Source: an uncultured Candidatus Binatia bacterium
Lineage (GTDB): Bacteria > Desulfobacterota > Binatia > UBA9968 > JAJDTQ01
Assembly: GCA_965242525.1 (NCBI GenBank)
Contig: OZ251459.1
Span: forward strand, 256,001-320,000
DNA: 64,000 nt
Direction: 5' to 3'
Below, piece by piece: positions 45,171 through 54,450 of this stretch (within the stretch, counting starts at the first letter, position 1; every line of letters starts with the position of its first letter). The notes under the pieces were generated by a model, which was given only the letters and a program-made list of their open reading frames with translations, did no database searches and had not been told where the DNA came from. The translations under genes were made by a program, and so were the position numbers.

Positions 45171-45875
45171 TCAAATGGACCGGGGCACTTCCTTGACGTG
45201 GCGGATGCTGGTGCCCTTGACCAGGAATATGACCATTTCCGCGATGTTCGTCGCATGGTCCGCGATTCGCTCCAGGTACTTGGAGACGAACGTGATCTTC
45301 ATGGCCCGGTTGATGGTCCTGGGCTCGGTGATCATGTACGAGACCGTCTCGCGGAAGATCTGCTCGTTCAGGTCGTCGATCTCCTGGTCGTCCTGGCAGA
45401 CCTTGAGGGCCAGGGTCGTGTCCTCGCGCACGAAGGCGTTCAGGCTCTCGGCGATCATCCGCCGGGAGATCTCGGCCATGCGCGGCAGGTCGATGTAGGG
45501 CTTGAGCGGCGCCTCGCGGATCAACTCCAGGGACCGCTCCGATATGTTCACCGAGATGTCCCCGATGCGTTCCAGGTCGGTGGTGATCTTGAGCGCGGTG
45601 GTCACGAACCGGAGGTCCTTGCCCGCGGGCTGGTGGAGGGCGATCAGGCGGACGCACAACTCGTCGATGTCCGCGTCCATGCGGTTGACCTCGGCGTCCC
45701 GTTCGATGACGGCTTCCGCAAGCGCGGCTTCCCGGTCCACCAGGGCCTTGATGGACCGGTCGATCTGGTCCTCCACCAGCCCGCCCATGCGGATGATCCG
45801 GTCGCGCAGCGACTTGAGCTCTTCCTCGTACTTCCGGTCGGTGTGTTCAGGGCGCATGGGCGGCCTCGCGGTCAT
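45171..45875 (-). CDS. phoU: Phosphate signalling complex protein PhoU (start 45857, 45875 or 45899 uncertain)
   Basis: Motifs QPAGKDLR, DLERIGD and LERIADHATNIAE. Confidence 0.96.
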   Translation of the reverse strand: MTARPPMRPEHTDRKYEEELKSLRDRIIRMGGLVEDQIDRSIKALVDREAALAEAVIERDAEVNRMDADIDELCVRLIALHQPAGKDLRFVTTALKITTDLERIGDISVNISERSLELIREAPLKPYIDLPRMAEISRRMIAESLNAFVREDTTLALKVCQDDQEIDDLNEQIFRETVSYMITEPRTINRAMKITFVSKYLERIADHATNIAEMVIFLVKGTSIRHVKEVPRSI

Positions 45876-45907
45876 GGCGGCGCCAGTGGCGGATTCCATA
45901 TGGCCAC

Positions 45908-45951
45908 ATCATGGTGGCGACGGTGTTACGTCCGCATTGCAACCAGGTTAA
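45908..45951 (-). promoter_or_regulatory. PHO-box-like array
   Basis: Minus-strand TTAAC, GCAAT, GTAAC and GCCAC at an exact 11-bp period upstream of phoU. Confidence 0.6.
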
Positions 45952-46026
45952 ACCCCGTCGAGGGCTCCGCCGGAGGCCGTGGACCGCGGCGCCCGAGGCC
46001 GTGGCCTTGCGCGGCCGCCCGTCAGG

Positions 46027-47520
46027 CTAGCCGGTCTCGACCTCGTAGGCTTCCGTGTGCCGCTCGGAATCGGCCTTGACGATGACCTTGCGGTCGATCT
46101 CGCGTTCCAGGGCCTCCAGGCTCTCCTTGGCCTCGTCGTACAGGAAGTTGGCGATACCCGGGTGGACGCGCAAGGTGATGCGTCCGCCGTTGTCCAGTTG
46201 CAGGCTCTCCCGCTTGATGCGGCGCAGGATCTCGTAGGCGATGGTGGGGTGGGACTTGATGCGGCCGCGTCCGCCGCAATAGTGACATGGGCTCAGAAGG
46301 ACGTTGCCGAGGTTCTCCCGGGTGCGTTGCCGGGTCATCTCCACGAGCCCCAACCTGGAGATGGGCAGCACCCGGGTCTTGGCCCTGTCCTCCTTGATGG
46401 CGTCCTTCAGCGCGTCGTAGATCTCCTTCCGGTTGGCGGCCTGGGCCATGTCGATGAAGTCGATGATGATGAGGCCCCCCACGTTGCGCAGCCTCAGTTG
46501 GCGCACGATCTCCCGGGCCGCCTCCAGGTTGATCTTGAAGACCGTCTCTTCCTGGTCCTTCTTCCCCACGTACCGGCCGGTGTTCACGTCCACGGCCGTC
46601 AGCGCTTCGGTCTGCTCGATGTTGATGTACCCGCCGGATTTCAGCCAGATCTTGGGATCCAGCGCCCTGAGGACCTTGCGTTCGACCTCGTAGCGGTCCA
46701 GCAGCGGCTCGGGTTCGTCGTACAGCTTCACGCGCCCCTTGAGCCGCGGCATGAACTGCTTCACGAATTCGAGTACGCGCTGGTGCTCCCCGGCCTGATC
46801 GACCACGACTTCCCTGGTGTTGGCGTTGAAGAAGTCGCGGATGGTGCGCGGGACCAGGTCCAGGTCCCGGTGGATCAACTCCGGCGTGGACGCGGTTTCC
46901 AGGCGTTTGCGGATGCGGGACCAGAGGGTCGTCAGGAACCGGACGTCGCTCTGGACATCCCTCTTGTTGCGCCCCTCGCAGGCGGTCCGGATGATGAAGC
47001 CGCCGTCCTCCACGGCCAGTTCCTGGACGATTTCCTTCAGCCGCTTTCGTTCCTTCTCGTCCTCGATCTTGCGGGAGACGGCCACGTGCCGGGTGGCGGG
47101 CATGAACACCAGGAACCGGCCGGGCAGGGATACGTGGGTGGTGACGCGCGCGCCCTTCATCCCGAGGGGCTCCTTGGCCACCTGGGCCAGGATCTCCTGG
47201 TCGGGGCTGAGTTGCTGCTCGATGCGGGGCCGCCCCGGTTCGGGGCCGGGTTCCACCGCCGCTTCGTCGTCGCTCCCGTCCACCGCCGCCCCGGACGGGG
47301 CGCAGACGTCCGAGGCATGGAGGAAAGCGGCCTTCTCCAGCCCGATGTCCACGAACGCCGCCTGCATCCCGGGCAGCACGCGCACCACGCGCCCCTTGTA
47401 GAGGTTGCCGACGCAGACCTCTTCCCGGTTGCGTTCGATGAGGAACTCGGCCAAGCCGTTGTCCTCCATCACGGCGATGCGGGTTTCCTGGGGGGTCGTG
47501 TTGATGAGGATCCGTCTCAT
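46027..47520 (-). CDS. rng: Ribonuclease G (Rne/Rng family)
   Basis: S1 domain GNLYKGRV..VLPGMQAAFVDIG, KGAR, DVNTG and GGLIIIDFIDM; CxxC Zn link; no long C-terminal scaffold. Confidence 0.93.
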   Translation of the reverse strand: MRRILINTTPQETRIAVMEDNGLAEFLIERNREEVCVGNLYKGRVVRVLPGMQAAFVDIGLEKAAFLHASDVCAPSGAAVDGSDDEAAVEPGPEPGRPRIEQQLSPDQEILAQVAKEPLGMKGARVTTHVSLPGRFLVFMPATRHVAVSRKIEDEKERKRLKEIVQELAVEDGGFIIRTACEGRNKRDVQSDVRFLTTLWSRIRKRLETASTPELIHRDLDLVPRTIRDFFNANTREVVVDQAGEHQRVLEFVKQFMPRLKGRVKLYDEPEPLLDRYEVERKVLRALDPKIWLKSGGYINIEQTEALTAVDVNTGRYVGKKDQEETVFKINLEAAREIVRQLRLRNVGGLIIIDFIDMAQAANRKEIYDALKDAIKEDRAKTRVLPISRLGLVEMTRQRTRENLGNVLLSPCHYCGGRGRIKSHPTIAYEILRRIKRESLQLDNGGRITLRVHPGIANFLYDEAKESLEALEREIDRKVIVKADSERHTEAYEVETG

Positions 47521-47636
47521 GCGTCACGCAGGCTCGTCGGCGGGGAAAGGAGCGGTCGAAGTCCGGTGCACGGACGGCAAGGAGTCGTCCACACAGTCGT
47601 AAACCGGTTCGGGATGCAGGAGCACACTATGCACTG

Positions 47637-47665
47637 ATGATAGGCCAGTCCATGCCAAATGGCAA
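47637..47665 (-). promoter_or_regulatory. Putative sigma70 promoter of rng
   Basis: Minus strand TTGCCA, 17 nt, TATCAT. Confidence 0.55.
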
Positions 47666-47698
47666 ACCGGACTCCACCGGCTGCCGGAGCGGCCATGT

Positions 47699-47727
47699 TT
47701 GACAAGGTCCGCGCACGGCGATACATT
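47699..47727 (+). promoter_or_regulatory. Putative sigma70 promoter of the HNH gene
   Basis: TTGACA, 17 nt, TACATT. Confidence 0.6.
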
Positions 47728-47803
47728 CAGGAGGATTCAACCTGGGGCCTTCGTGGATACCGCCGCACATCAGGAAAAACGTGTTGCTCCGGGCCGTTCT
47801 CCG

Positions 47804-48400
47804 ATGCACACGAAGGTGCTGATGTTGAATCGGTCGTACCTTCCGATCCACGTCACGTCGGTGCGTCGGGCTTTCACCCTGCTCTACCTGGGCATCGCCA
47901 AGGCCGTCAACGAAAGATACCAGACCTTCGATTTCAAGGGCTGGAGCGGCCTGTCGGCGTCGGTCCACGAGGAGACCGTGGGGCTGGTGGACCACGTGGT
48001 GCGGGTGCCGCGGGTCATCCTCCTGGTGCAGTACGACCGGATGCCCCGGCGGCAGGTCCGGTTCAGCCGCTACAACGTCTATGCCCGGGACCGGTCCACC
48101 TGCCAGTACTGCGGGCGCAGGCTCCCGCGCCACCAGCTCAACCTGGACCACGTAATCCCCCGCTCCCGCGGCGGCGCCTCCCGGTGGGACAACGTGGTCT
48201 GCTCCTGCGTTCCGTGCAACCGCCGGAAGGGCGGGCGGACGCCCCAGGAGGCCCGGATGACGCTGCTGCGCCAGCCCCTCAAGCCCCGCTGGACGCCGCT
48301 GGTCCAGGAGGGCGGAGGGAACGTCCGCTACCGCGAGTGGCTCCCGTTCCTGTCCGCGGTGGACGCCTCGTACTGGAACGCCACCCTGCTGGAGGAATAG
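47804..48400 (+). CDS. HNH endonuclease (McrA-like)
   Basis: Motifs VLMLNRSY, RDRSTCQYCG, LDHVIPRSRGG and NVVCSCVPCNRRKG. Confidence 0.93.
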   Translation: MHTKVLMLNRSYLPIHVTSVRRAFTLLYLGIAKAVNERYQTFDFKGWSGLSASVHEETVGLVDHVVRVPRVILLVQYDRMPRRQVRFSRYNVYARDRSTCQYCGRRLPRHQLNLDHVIPRSRGGASRWDNVVCSCVPCNRRKGGRTPQEARMTLLRQPLKPRWTPLVQEGGGNVRYREWLPFLSAVDASYWNATLLEE

Positions 48401-48413
48401 ACGGTTCCTCCGT

Positions 48414-48461
48414 ATCCCACATGTTGTGGTGGACCACCGGCGCCGTCACTCCATGTTGTGA
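48414..48461 (+). promoter_or_regulatory. Tandem NrdR-box-like sites upstream of smc
   Basis: ATCCCACATGTTGTGG (48414-48429) and TCACTCCATGTTGTGA (48446-48461), 32 bp start-to-start, followed by TTGACA at 48469. Confidence 0.62.
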
Positions 48462-48550
48462 GTTTCCCTTGACACCGGTCCCTTGCCTGTGAAATAAAAC
48501 GCGGTGGATACTCCGGGTCCGCACACCTTCGGAGTACGGGGTTCGTCACC

Positions 48551-51500
48551 ATGCGTCTGAAGGCTCTGGAAATCTCCGGGTTCAAGTCTTTCGCGGACAG
48601 GACCGTCCTCGATTTCACCTCCGACGTCACGGCCATCGTGGGGCCCAACGGTTGCGGCAAGTCCAACGTCGTGGATGCGCTGCGGTGGGCCATGGGCGAG
48701 CAGAGCGCCCGGTACCTCCGGGGCCAGACCATGGAGGACGTGATCTTCAGCGGCAGCGAGCGGCTTGCGCCCATCGGCATGGCGGAAGTCACGGCGTTGC
48801 TGGACAACTCCGACCACAGCGCCCCGGCCGATTACGGCTCGTTCGACGAGGTGGCGGTGACGCGGCGGCTCTTCCGCTCGGGGGAGTCCGAATACTCCAT
48901 CAACCGCGCGCCCTGCCGTTTGCGCGACATCGTGGAGCTCTTCCTGGGCACCGGCGTCGGCAACAAGTCGTACTCCATCATCGGGCAGGGCCGCGTCGAG
49001 GAGCTGGTGAACGCCAAGCCCGAAGACCGGCGCCGCATCATCGAGGAGGCGGCCGGCACCAGCCGGTTCAAGAGCCGCAGGCAGGCGGCGGAGCGGAAGA
49101 TGGAGCGGACGCGGCAGAACCTGCTGCGTGTGAACGACATCGTCCGGGAGGTGGAGCGGCAACTCCACAGGATCGAGGTCCAGGCAAAGAGGGCCGAGCG
49201 GTACCGGAGCCTCAGGGAACGGTTGCAGGAGATGGAGGTGCGGTGGGCGGCTTGGCGCAAGCAGGGGTTGGAGCGGGAAATCGCCGAGCGCGGCGCCGAG
49301 GTCGCCGCGGTGGAGGACCGGATCACGTCGCTGACGGCCGCGGTGCGGGCCAGGGAGGCGGAAAGCGAGCGCGTCCGCGTCTCCCTGCTGGAGCTCGACG
49401 GCGAGATCGCGGCGTCCCAGGAGCGGCTCCACCAACTGGAGCTGGAGGTGAACCGGGAGGAGCAGCGCATCGAGTCCTTCCAGCGCGAGGAAGGCGAGCT
49501 GAGGGGTTTCGTCGAACGGGAAAGGGCCGACGTCCTCGACGCGGGCGCGCGTCTGGAGCGGGTGGCGAGCGAGATCGAGGAGTTGGGCAAGGCCAGCGAG
49601 GAGTTCGCCCGGTGTTCCCTGGACGAGGACGAGGCGGTGCGGCGCATGGAAGGGGAAGCCGCGGAGTTGCGGACCCGGATCCAGGCGTTCCAGGCCACGG
49701 TGGAGCGCGAGACGGACCTCATGGTGGATCGGGTCGCCGACCACTCCCGGGCCGTCAATGCGAAGCAGGCCCACGAGCAGCGCCTGGCGCGGCTGACCGA
49801 GGAGTCCGCGGAAAAGGAGGGCGAGGAGAGGTCCGTCGAACGGCGGATCGAGGGACTGGACGGCGAGCGGGCGCGGCAGTCCGGCGAGCTCCGGGAGTGC
49901 GAGACGCGGGCGTCCCGGACGGAGGAAGCCCTGCTTCGGGCCGACGCGGGCCTGGAAAGGAGCCGGGCCGCCCTGGCCGGGCGCGAAGAGGTCCTGGCTC
50001 GGCTCAAGGATGAACTGCAGGAGGCGCGTTCCGGCTTGGCCTCCCTCGATGCGCTGCAAAGGAACTTCGAGGGCTACCAGGAGGGCGTGCGCGCGGTCAT
50101 GTTCAAGCACGAGAGCAACGGCGGCTCGGACGGGGTCTGCGGCGTGGTGGCGGACTTCATCGAAGCCCCCCGGGACCTGGAGAAGGCCTTGACCGCGGTG
50201 CTGGGGGAACGGCTCCAGTACGTGGTGGTCCAGGGACACCGGGAGGGAGTGGAGGCCGTCGAGTACCTCAAGCGGGAGTCCGCGGGACGGGGGGGGTTCA
50301 TCCCGCGCCGGTTCGAGCGCCGCAACGGCGCCGCTCCGGTCACGCTGTCGGGCCCGGACGTCATCGCCCCCTTGCTCGGGCTCGTGGAGGTCAAGGACGG
50401 GTACCGGGACGTGGCCGAGTACCTGCTGGGCGACGTGGCGGTGGTCAGGGACCTGGAATCGGGACTGGGGCTCTGGCGCTCCAACGGGTTCCGCCACTCG
50501 CTGGTGACCCTGGACGGCGAGGTCATCGACCCCATGGGGGTGGTCACGGGAGGGAGCGCCGAAAGCCTGGACGGGAACCCGATCTCGCGCCGCCGCAGGA
50601 TCAAGGAGTTGGAGGGGCAGGTCTCGGCGCACGAGGAGAGCGTCCGGGTCCAGGAGCGGCGGGTGGCGGACGCGAGGTCGGAGTTGCAGGGAGCGGAGGC
50701 GGAACGCCAGCGGTTGGTGGACGAGGCCGGGGAGTTGGCGGTGGCCAAGGTACAACTGGAGCACGAGCTGCTGCGCACGGACCAGGCCATTGCCCGCTCG
50801 CGCGAGGATCTGGCCACCGTCGGCCAGGAACTCCGGGACGTGTCCGGCGAGGCCGCCGCGCTGAACGAGTCCATCGAGGCGTGTGACGCCGCCATCGCCG
50901 AGTCCTCGCGGGAAAGGGCCGCGTCGGAGTCGCGGATGAGGGAGCTGCGGGCCTCCTGGCAGCAGTCCGAGGAAGCGTTGCGGACCGCGGAATCGCGGCT
51001 GAACGAGTCCCGGGTGCGGGCGGCCGCGGCTAGGGAAAAGGAGGAGAACTCCCGGGCGAACCTCCAGGACCGGGTCGGCCTGCGCGCCGAGCTGGCCTCG
51101 CGGCTCGGGCAACAGGAGAGCCGGATCGCGGAAACGACCCGCAAGATCGAGGAGACGGCGGCGTCCCGGGAGCGGTCCGAGGCGCGGACACGGCTGTTGC
51201 GCATCCGGCTCCATGAGGCGGAGGCCGACGCGGCCTCGCGGCAACAGGACCGCCGCGCCCTCGCGGACCGGATACGGGAGTTGGAAGAGGCCGTCCAACT
51301 GGTCCGTCCGGACATCGAGGCCGGGCAGGAGGACCGGGGAAGGCTCCAGTTGTTGCAGAAAGAGAAGTCCATGGAGCTGGGCCACCTGCACGACGACATC
51401 CGGGAGAAGTACGGCGTGGACTTGGCGGGGCTGACCTTCGAGGAGGGCGGCGGAGGCGCGTCCCCGGACGACCTGCCCGAAGAGGTGGCGGAGTTGCGCG

Positions 51501-52108
51501 CCCGGCTGCAACGGATGGGCGAGGTCAACTTGGCGGCCATCGGCGAGTTCGAGGAGCTCACGGAGCGGAGCGGATTCCTGGCCGCGCAGCGGGAGGACCT
51601 GGAACGGTCCATGGCCGACCTGCAGCAGACCATCACCAAGCTCAACCGGATCTGCCGGCTCCGGTTCAAGGAGAGCTTCGAGGAGATCGACGGGAAGTTC
51701 CAGGCGATCTTTCCCAGGCTGTTCAACGGGGGCAAGGCGTCCCTGAGGCTCACGGACGAGAACGACTACCTGGAGACCGGGGTCGATATCGTCGCGCAGC
51801 CCCCCGGCAAGAAGCTCCAGTCCATCAGCCTGCTCTCCGGCGGCGAGAAGGCGTTGACCGCGGTGAGCCTCCTCTTCGCCATCTTCCTGACCCGGCCCAG
51901 CCCGTTCTGCTTCCTCGACGAGGTGGACGCGCCCCTCGACGACGCGAACCTCGATCTGTTCATCCGGATGGTCAAGGAGATGACGCGGTTGGCGCAGTTC
52001 GTGATCATCACCCACAACAAGAGGACGATGCTCGCCGCGGATGTGCTCTACGGCATCACCATGGACGACCCCGGGGTGTCCAGGATCGTCTCCGTGGAGA
52101 TGGTCTAA
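48551..52108 (+). CDS. smc: Chromosome segregation protein SMC
   Basis: GFKSF, GPNGCGKSN, hinge with GG, coiled coils, LSGGEK and LDEVDAPLD. Confidence 0.97.
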   Translation: MRLKALEISGFKSFADRTVLDFTSDVTAIVGPNGCGKSNVVDALRWAMGEQSARYLRGQTMEDVIFSGSERLAPIGMAEVTALLDNSDHSAPADYGSFDEVAVTRRLFRSGESEYSINRAPCRLRDIVELFLGTGVGNKSYSIIGQGRVEELVNAKPEDRRRIIEEAAGTSRFKSRRQAAERKMERTRQNLLRVNDIVREVERQLHRIEVQAKRAERYRSLRERLQEMEVRWAAWRKQGLEREIAERGAEVAAVEDRITSLTAAVRAREAESERVRVSLLELDGEIAASQERLHQLELEVNREEQRIESFQREEGELRGFVERERADVLDAGARLERVASEIEELGKASEEFARCSLDEDEAVRRMEGEAAELRTRIQAFQATVERETDLMVDRVADHSRAVNAKQAHEQRLARLTEESAEKEGEERSVERRIEGLDGERARQSGELRECETRASRTEEALLRADAGLERSRAALAGREEVLARLKDELQEARSGLASLDALQRNFEGYQEGVRAVMFKHESNGGSDGVCGVVADFIEAPRDLEKALTAVLGERLQYVVVQGHREGVEAVEYLKRESAGRGGFIPRRFERRNGAAPVTLSGPDVIAPLLGLVEVKDGYRDVAEYLLGDVAVVRDLESGLGLWRSNGFRHSLVTLDGEVIDPMGVVTGGSAESLDGNPISRRRRIKELEGQVSAHEESVRVQERRVADARSELQGAEAERQRLVDEAGELAVAKVQLEHELLRTDQAIARSREDLATVGQELRDVSGEAAALNESIEACDAAIAESSRERAASESRMRELRASWQQSEEALRTAESRLNESRVRAAAAREKEENSRANLQDRVGLRAELASRLGQQESRIAETTRKIEETAASRERSEARTRLLRIRLHEAEADAASRQQDRRALADRIRELEEAVQLVRPDIEAGQEDRGRLQLLQKEKSMELGHLHDDIREKYGVDLAGLTFEEGGGGASPDDLPEEVAELRARLQRMGEVNLAAIGEFEELTERSGFLAAQREDLERSMADLQQTITKLNRICRLRFKESFEEIDGKFQAIFPRLFNGGKASLRLTDENDYLETGVDIVAQPPGKKLQSISLLSGGEKALTAVSLLFAIFLTRPSPFCFLDEVDAPLDDANLDLFIRMVKEMTRLAQFVIITHNKRTMLAADVLYGITMDDPGVSRIVSVEMV

Positions 52109-52236
52109 CCCTCCTTCCCCTACCGCTGCGCCATCCGCCCTTCCCGGTCCGCGGCAAGGGGCGTCGAGCCCGCTTGTTGACGGAGGTCCGGCCTCTGTGG
52201 TCAATTCCCGTGGGTCTGGTCCGAGGTCATGCGTTC

Positions 52237-53142
52237 ATGAACCGGAAAGAAGGATTCCTGGATCGCCTCAAGCGGGGCCTGTCCCGCACCAGGGCGGCAT
52301 GGGCCGGCCGTCTGGCCGGCGCCTTGGCGGAGGACGGGGAGGCCCGCGGGGAGGCGTTGGAGGATCTCCTCCTCGGGGCGGACTTCGGCGTCCGGGCGAC
52401 CCGGCGGCTGCTGGACTCGGTGCACGGCCCGGGCGGGGCCCGCGCCGGCGACGGGGCCGCATCGTTGCGGCGGGAGCTCGCTGCCCTGCTGCAGGAGCAT
52501 CGGGGGATGGGGTCCCGCCGGTGCTCGGAGTCCCCCTGGGTGGTCATGGTGGTGGGCGTGAACGGCGTCGGCAAGACCACCACCGTGGGAAAGCTGGCCC
52601 ACCGCCTGGAGCGGAGCGGGAAGAAGGTGCTGCTGGCCGCGGCCGATACGTTCCGGGCCGGGGCCATCGAGCAGTTGGAGATATGGGGAGAGCGGGCAGG
52701 GTCGGAGGTGGTGAAGCACGCTCCGGGGCAGGACCCCTCGGGGGTGGTGTTCGACGCGGTGCACGCGGCCCGAAAGCGGGAGGTGGACGTGCTCCTCATC
52801 GACACCGCGGGCAGGCTCCACAACAAGGTCAACTTGGTGGAGGAGCTCCGGAAGATGCGCCGCGTGCTGGGAAAGGCGCAGGCGGGGGCGCCGCACGAGA
52901 CCTTGCTGGTGGTGGACGCGCACACCGGCCAGAACGCGGTGGCGCAGGCCAGGGTCTTCCAGGAGGCCGTCAGCGTGAGCGGCATCGTGCTGACCAAGCT
53001 CGACGGCACCGCCAAGGGCGGAGCGGTGGTGCGGATCCAGCAGGAGCTGGCGATCCCCATGGAGTACGTGGGAGTCGGGGAAGGGGTGGAGGACCTCCAG
53101 GAATTCGATCCCGACGCGTTCGTGCAGGCCCTGCTCGCCTAG
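52237..53142 (+). CDS. ftsY: Signal recognition particle receptor FtsY (short NG form)
   Basis: Motifs GVNGVGKTTT, DTFRAGA, DTAGR and TKLDGTAKGG. Confidence 0.96.
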   Translation: MNRKEGFLDRLKRGLSRTRAAWAGRLAGALAEDGEARGEALEDLLLGADFGVRATRRLLDSVHGPGGARAGDGAASLRRELAALLQEHRGMGSRRCSESPWVVMVVGVNGVGKTTTVGKLAHRLERSGKKVLLAAADTFRAGAIEQLEIWGERAGSEVVKHAPGQDPSGVVFDAVHAARKREVDVLLIDTAGRLHNKVNLVEELRKMRRVLGKAQAGAPHETLLVVDAHTGQNAVAQARVFQEAVSVSGIVLTKLDGTAKGGAVVRIQQELAIPMEYVGVGEGVEDLQEFDPDAFVQALLA

Positions 53143-53163
53143 CCGCGGGGGCGTTCGAGCGGC

Positions 53164-53193
53164 TTGACATCCGGCTTTGGCAAATCTTAAACT
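53164..53193 (+). promoter_or_regulatory. Putative sigma70 promoter of zapB-zapA
   Basis: TTGACA, 18 nt, TAAACT. Confidence 0.5.
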
Positions 53194-53224
53194 ATCAATT
53201 GAGGATTTGCCCGGTATTTGGCGC

Positions 53225-53452
53225 ATGGAGCCTGACAAACTCGAACAGATGGAGCTCCTGGTGGAGCGTCTCGTGGAGCAGCATCGGAGGATGAAGAAGG
53301 CGGTGGCCCGGGCGCGGGTGCGCGTCGAGGAACGGGACGCGCAGTTCAAGAGCCTGAACGACCGCATCCAGCGGTACGAGCGCGAACGGGCAGCGATGCG
53401 GGCGCGGCTGACCAGGATCATCGGCCGGTTCGAGCAACTGGACCTTTCCTGA
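53225..53452 (+). CDS. zapB: ZapB-like small coiled-coil cell division protein
   Basis: 75-aa coiled coil directly upstream of zapA. Confidence 0.7.
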   Translation: MEPDKLEQMELLVERLVEQHRRMKKAVARARVRVEERDAQFKSLNDRIQRYERERAAMRARLTRIIGRFEQLDLS

Positions 53453-53458
53453 CGACCC

Positions 53459-53737
53459 ATGCCAAAGGCGGTGCAAGTCAAGATCATGGGCCAGAAGTTC
53501 ACTCTCCGGAGTGACGACGAGGAGGAGCACATCCGGAAAGTGGCGGACTACGTGGACGGGAAGATGCACGAGCTCAGCCAGTCCACCAACCCCGGGGGCA
53601 AGTACAACATGGCGATGCTCGTGGCCCTGAACATTGCGGACGAATACCACCGCCTCAAGGAGGACTACGACGCCGCGGCGAACCGGGTGGACCGGTTGCT
53701 CGAGAGGCTGGCGGCGACCCTGTCCGAAGACGACTGA
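53459..53737 (+). CDS. zapA: Cell division protein ZapA
   Basis: Motifs VQVKIMGQKF, VADYVDGKM and VALNIADE. Confidence 0.93.
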   Translation: MPKAVQVKIMGQKFTLRSDDEEEHIRKVADYVDGKMHELSQSTNPGGKYNMAMLVALNIADEYHRLKEDYDAAANRVDRLLERLAATLSEDD

Positions 53738-53819
53738 TGCGCGTCTTCCCGGACGGGTCCTTTCGGCCGTTTCGTTCCGCGCCGGCGCCCTCCCTCGGGG
53801 TCCGGTGGGGACCTCCTCC

Positions 53820-54410
53820 ATGAGGGACGCGAAAGAGGTCCTGAGGCGCTCGGTCCTGGCGCAGAGGGAGGCCCTTTCGTCCGCCTCGGCCCGCGCCCGG
53901 GGAGAGAGGATCCAGCGCAGGGTCCTGGAATTGCCCGTTTACCGCGCGGCCCGCGCCGTTGCCCTCTACAGTCCGGTGGGCAACGAGGTGGGGACGTCGG
54001 AGATAAGCCGGGACGCCCTGGAAGCGCGGAAACGGCTCTGCTATCCGAAGGCCGCGGACGGGTTCCCGCGCGTCGTTCGGGTGCGGTCCGAAGCCGATAT
54101 GGTTCCCGGCCGGTACGGCATCCTCGAACCAGCGGGAAGCGAGTCGTGCGAGGACCCGGGACTGGCGGTGTTCGTCCCGGGGGTGGCCTTCGACCGCAAC
54201 GGGAACCGCCTGGGGCGCGGGGCCGGCTGGTATGACCGGTTGTTGGAGCGCCTGGGCGCCCGCGCGCCGAGGATCGCCCTGGCCTACGAGTTCCAGTTGG
54301 TGGAAGAAGTGCCCACGGAGCCGGGGGACCTGCCGGTCCACTACGTCGTGACGGAGGACCGGGTCGTTGCCTGTGGCGGAACGGAGCGGGTCGGAGAGCC
54401 TTGCGGATAG
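53820..54410 (+). CDS. 5-formyltetrahydrofolate cyclo-ligase (YgfA/Fau)
   Basis: Motifs NEV, YGILEP and VPGVAFDRNGNRLGRGAGWYDR. Confidence 0.93.
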   Translation: MRDAKEVLRRSVLAQREALSSASARARGERIQRRVLELPVYRAARAVALYSPVGNEVGTSEISRDALEARKRLCYPKAADGFPRVVRVRSEADMVPGRYGILEPAGSESCEDPGLAVFVPGVAFDRNGNRLGRGAGWYDRLLERLGARAPRIALAYEFQLVEEVPTEPGDLPVHYVVTEDRVVACGGTERVGEPCG

Positions 54411-54450
54411 GCTTCCGTACCGGGTCGATGCTTCCGGGAGGTAGCTTGCT

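Noticed and set aside
47804-52108. HNH plus SMC as a Wadjet/Lamassu-type defence system
   Set aside because: SMC is the canonical hinge-containing condensin in the standard smc-ftsY context with its own promoter region; no jet or lmu partner genes are present.
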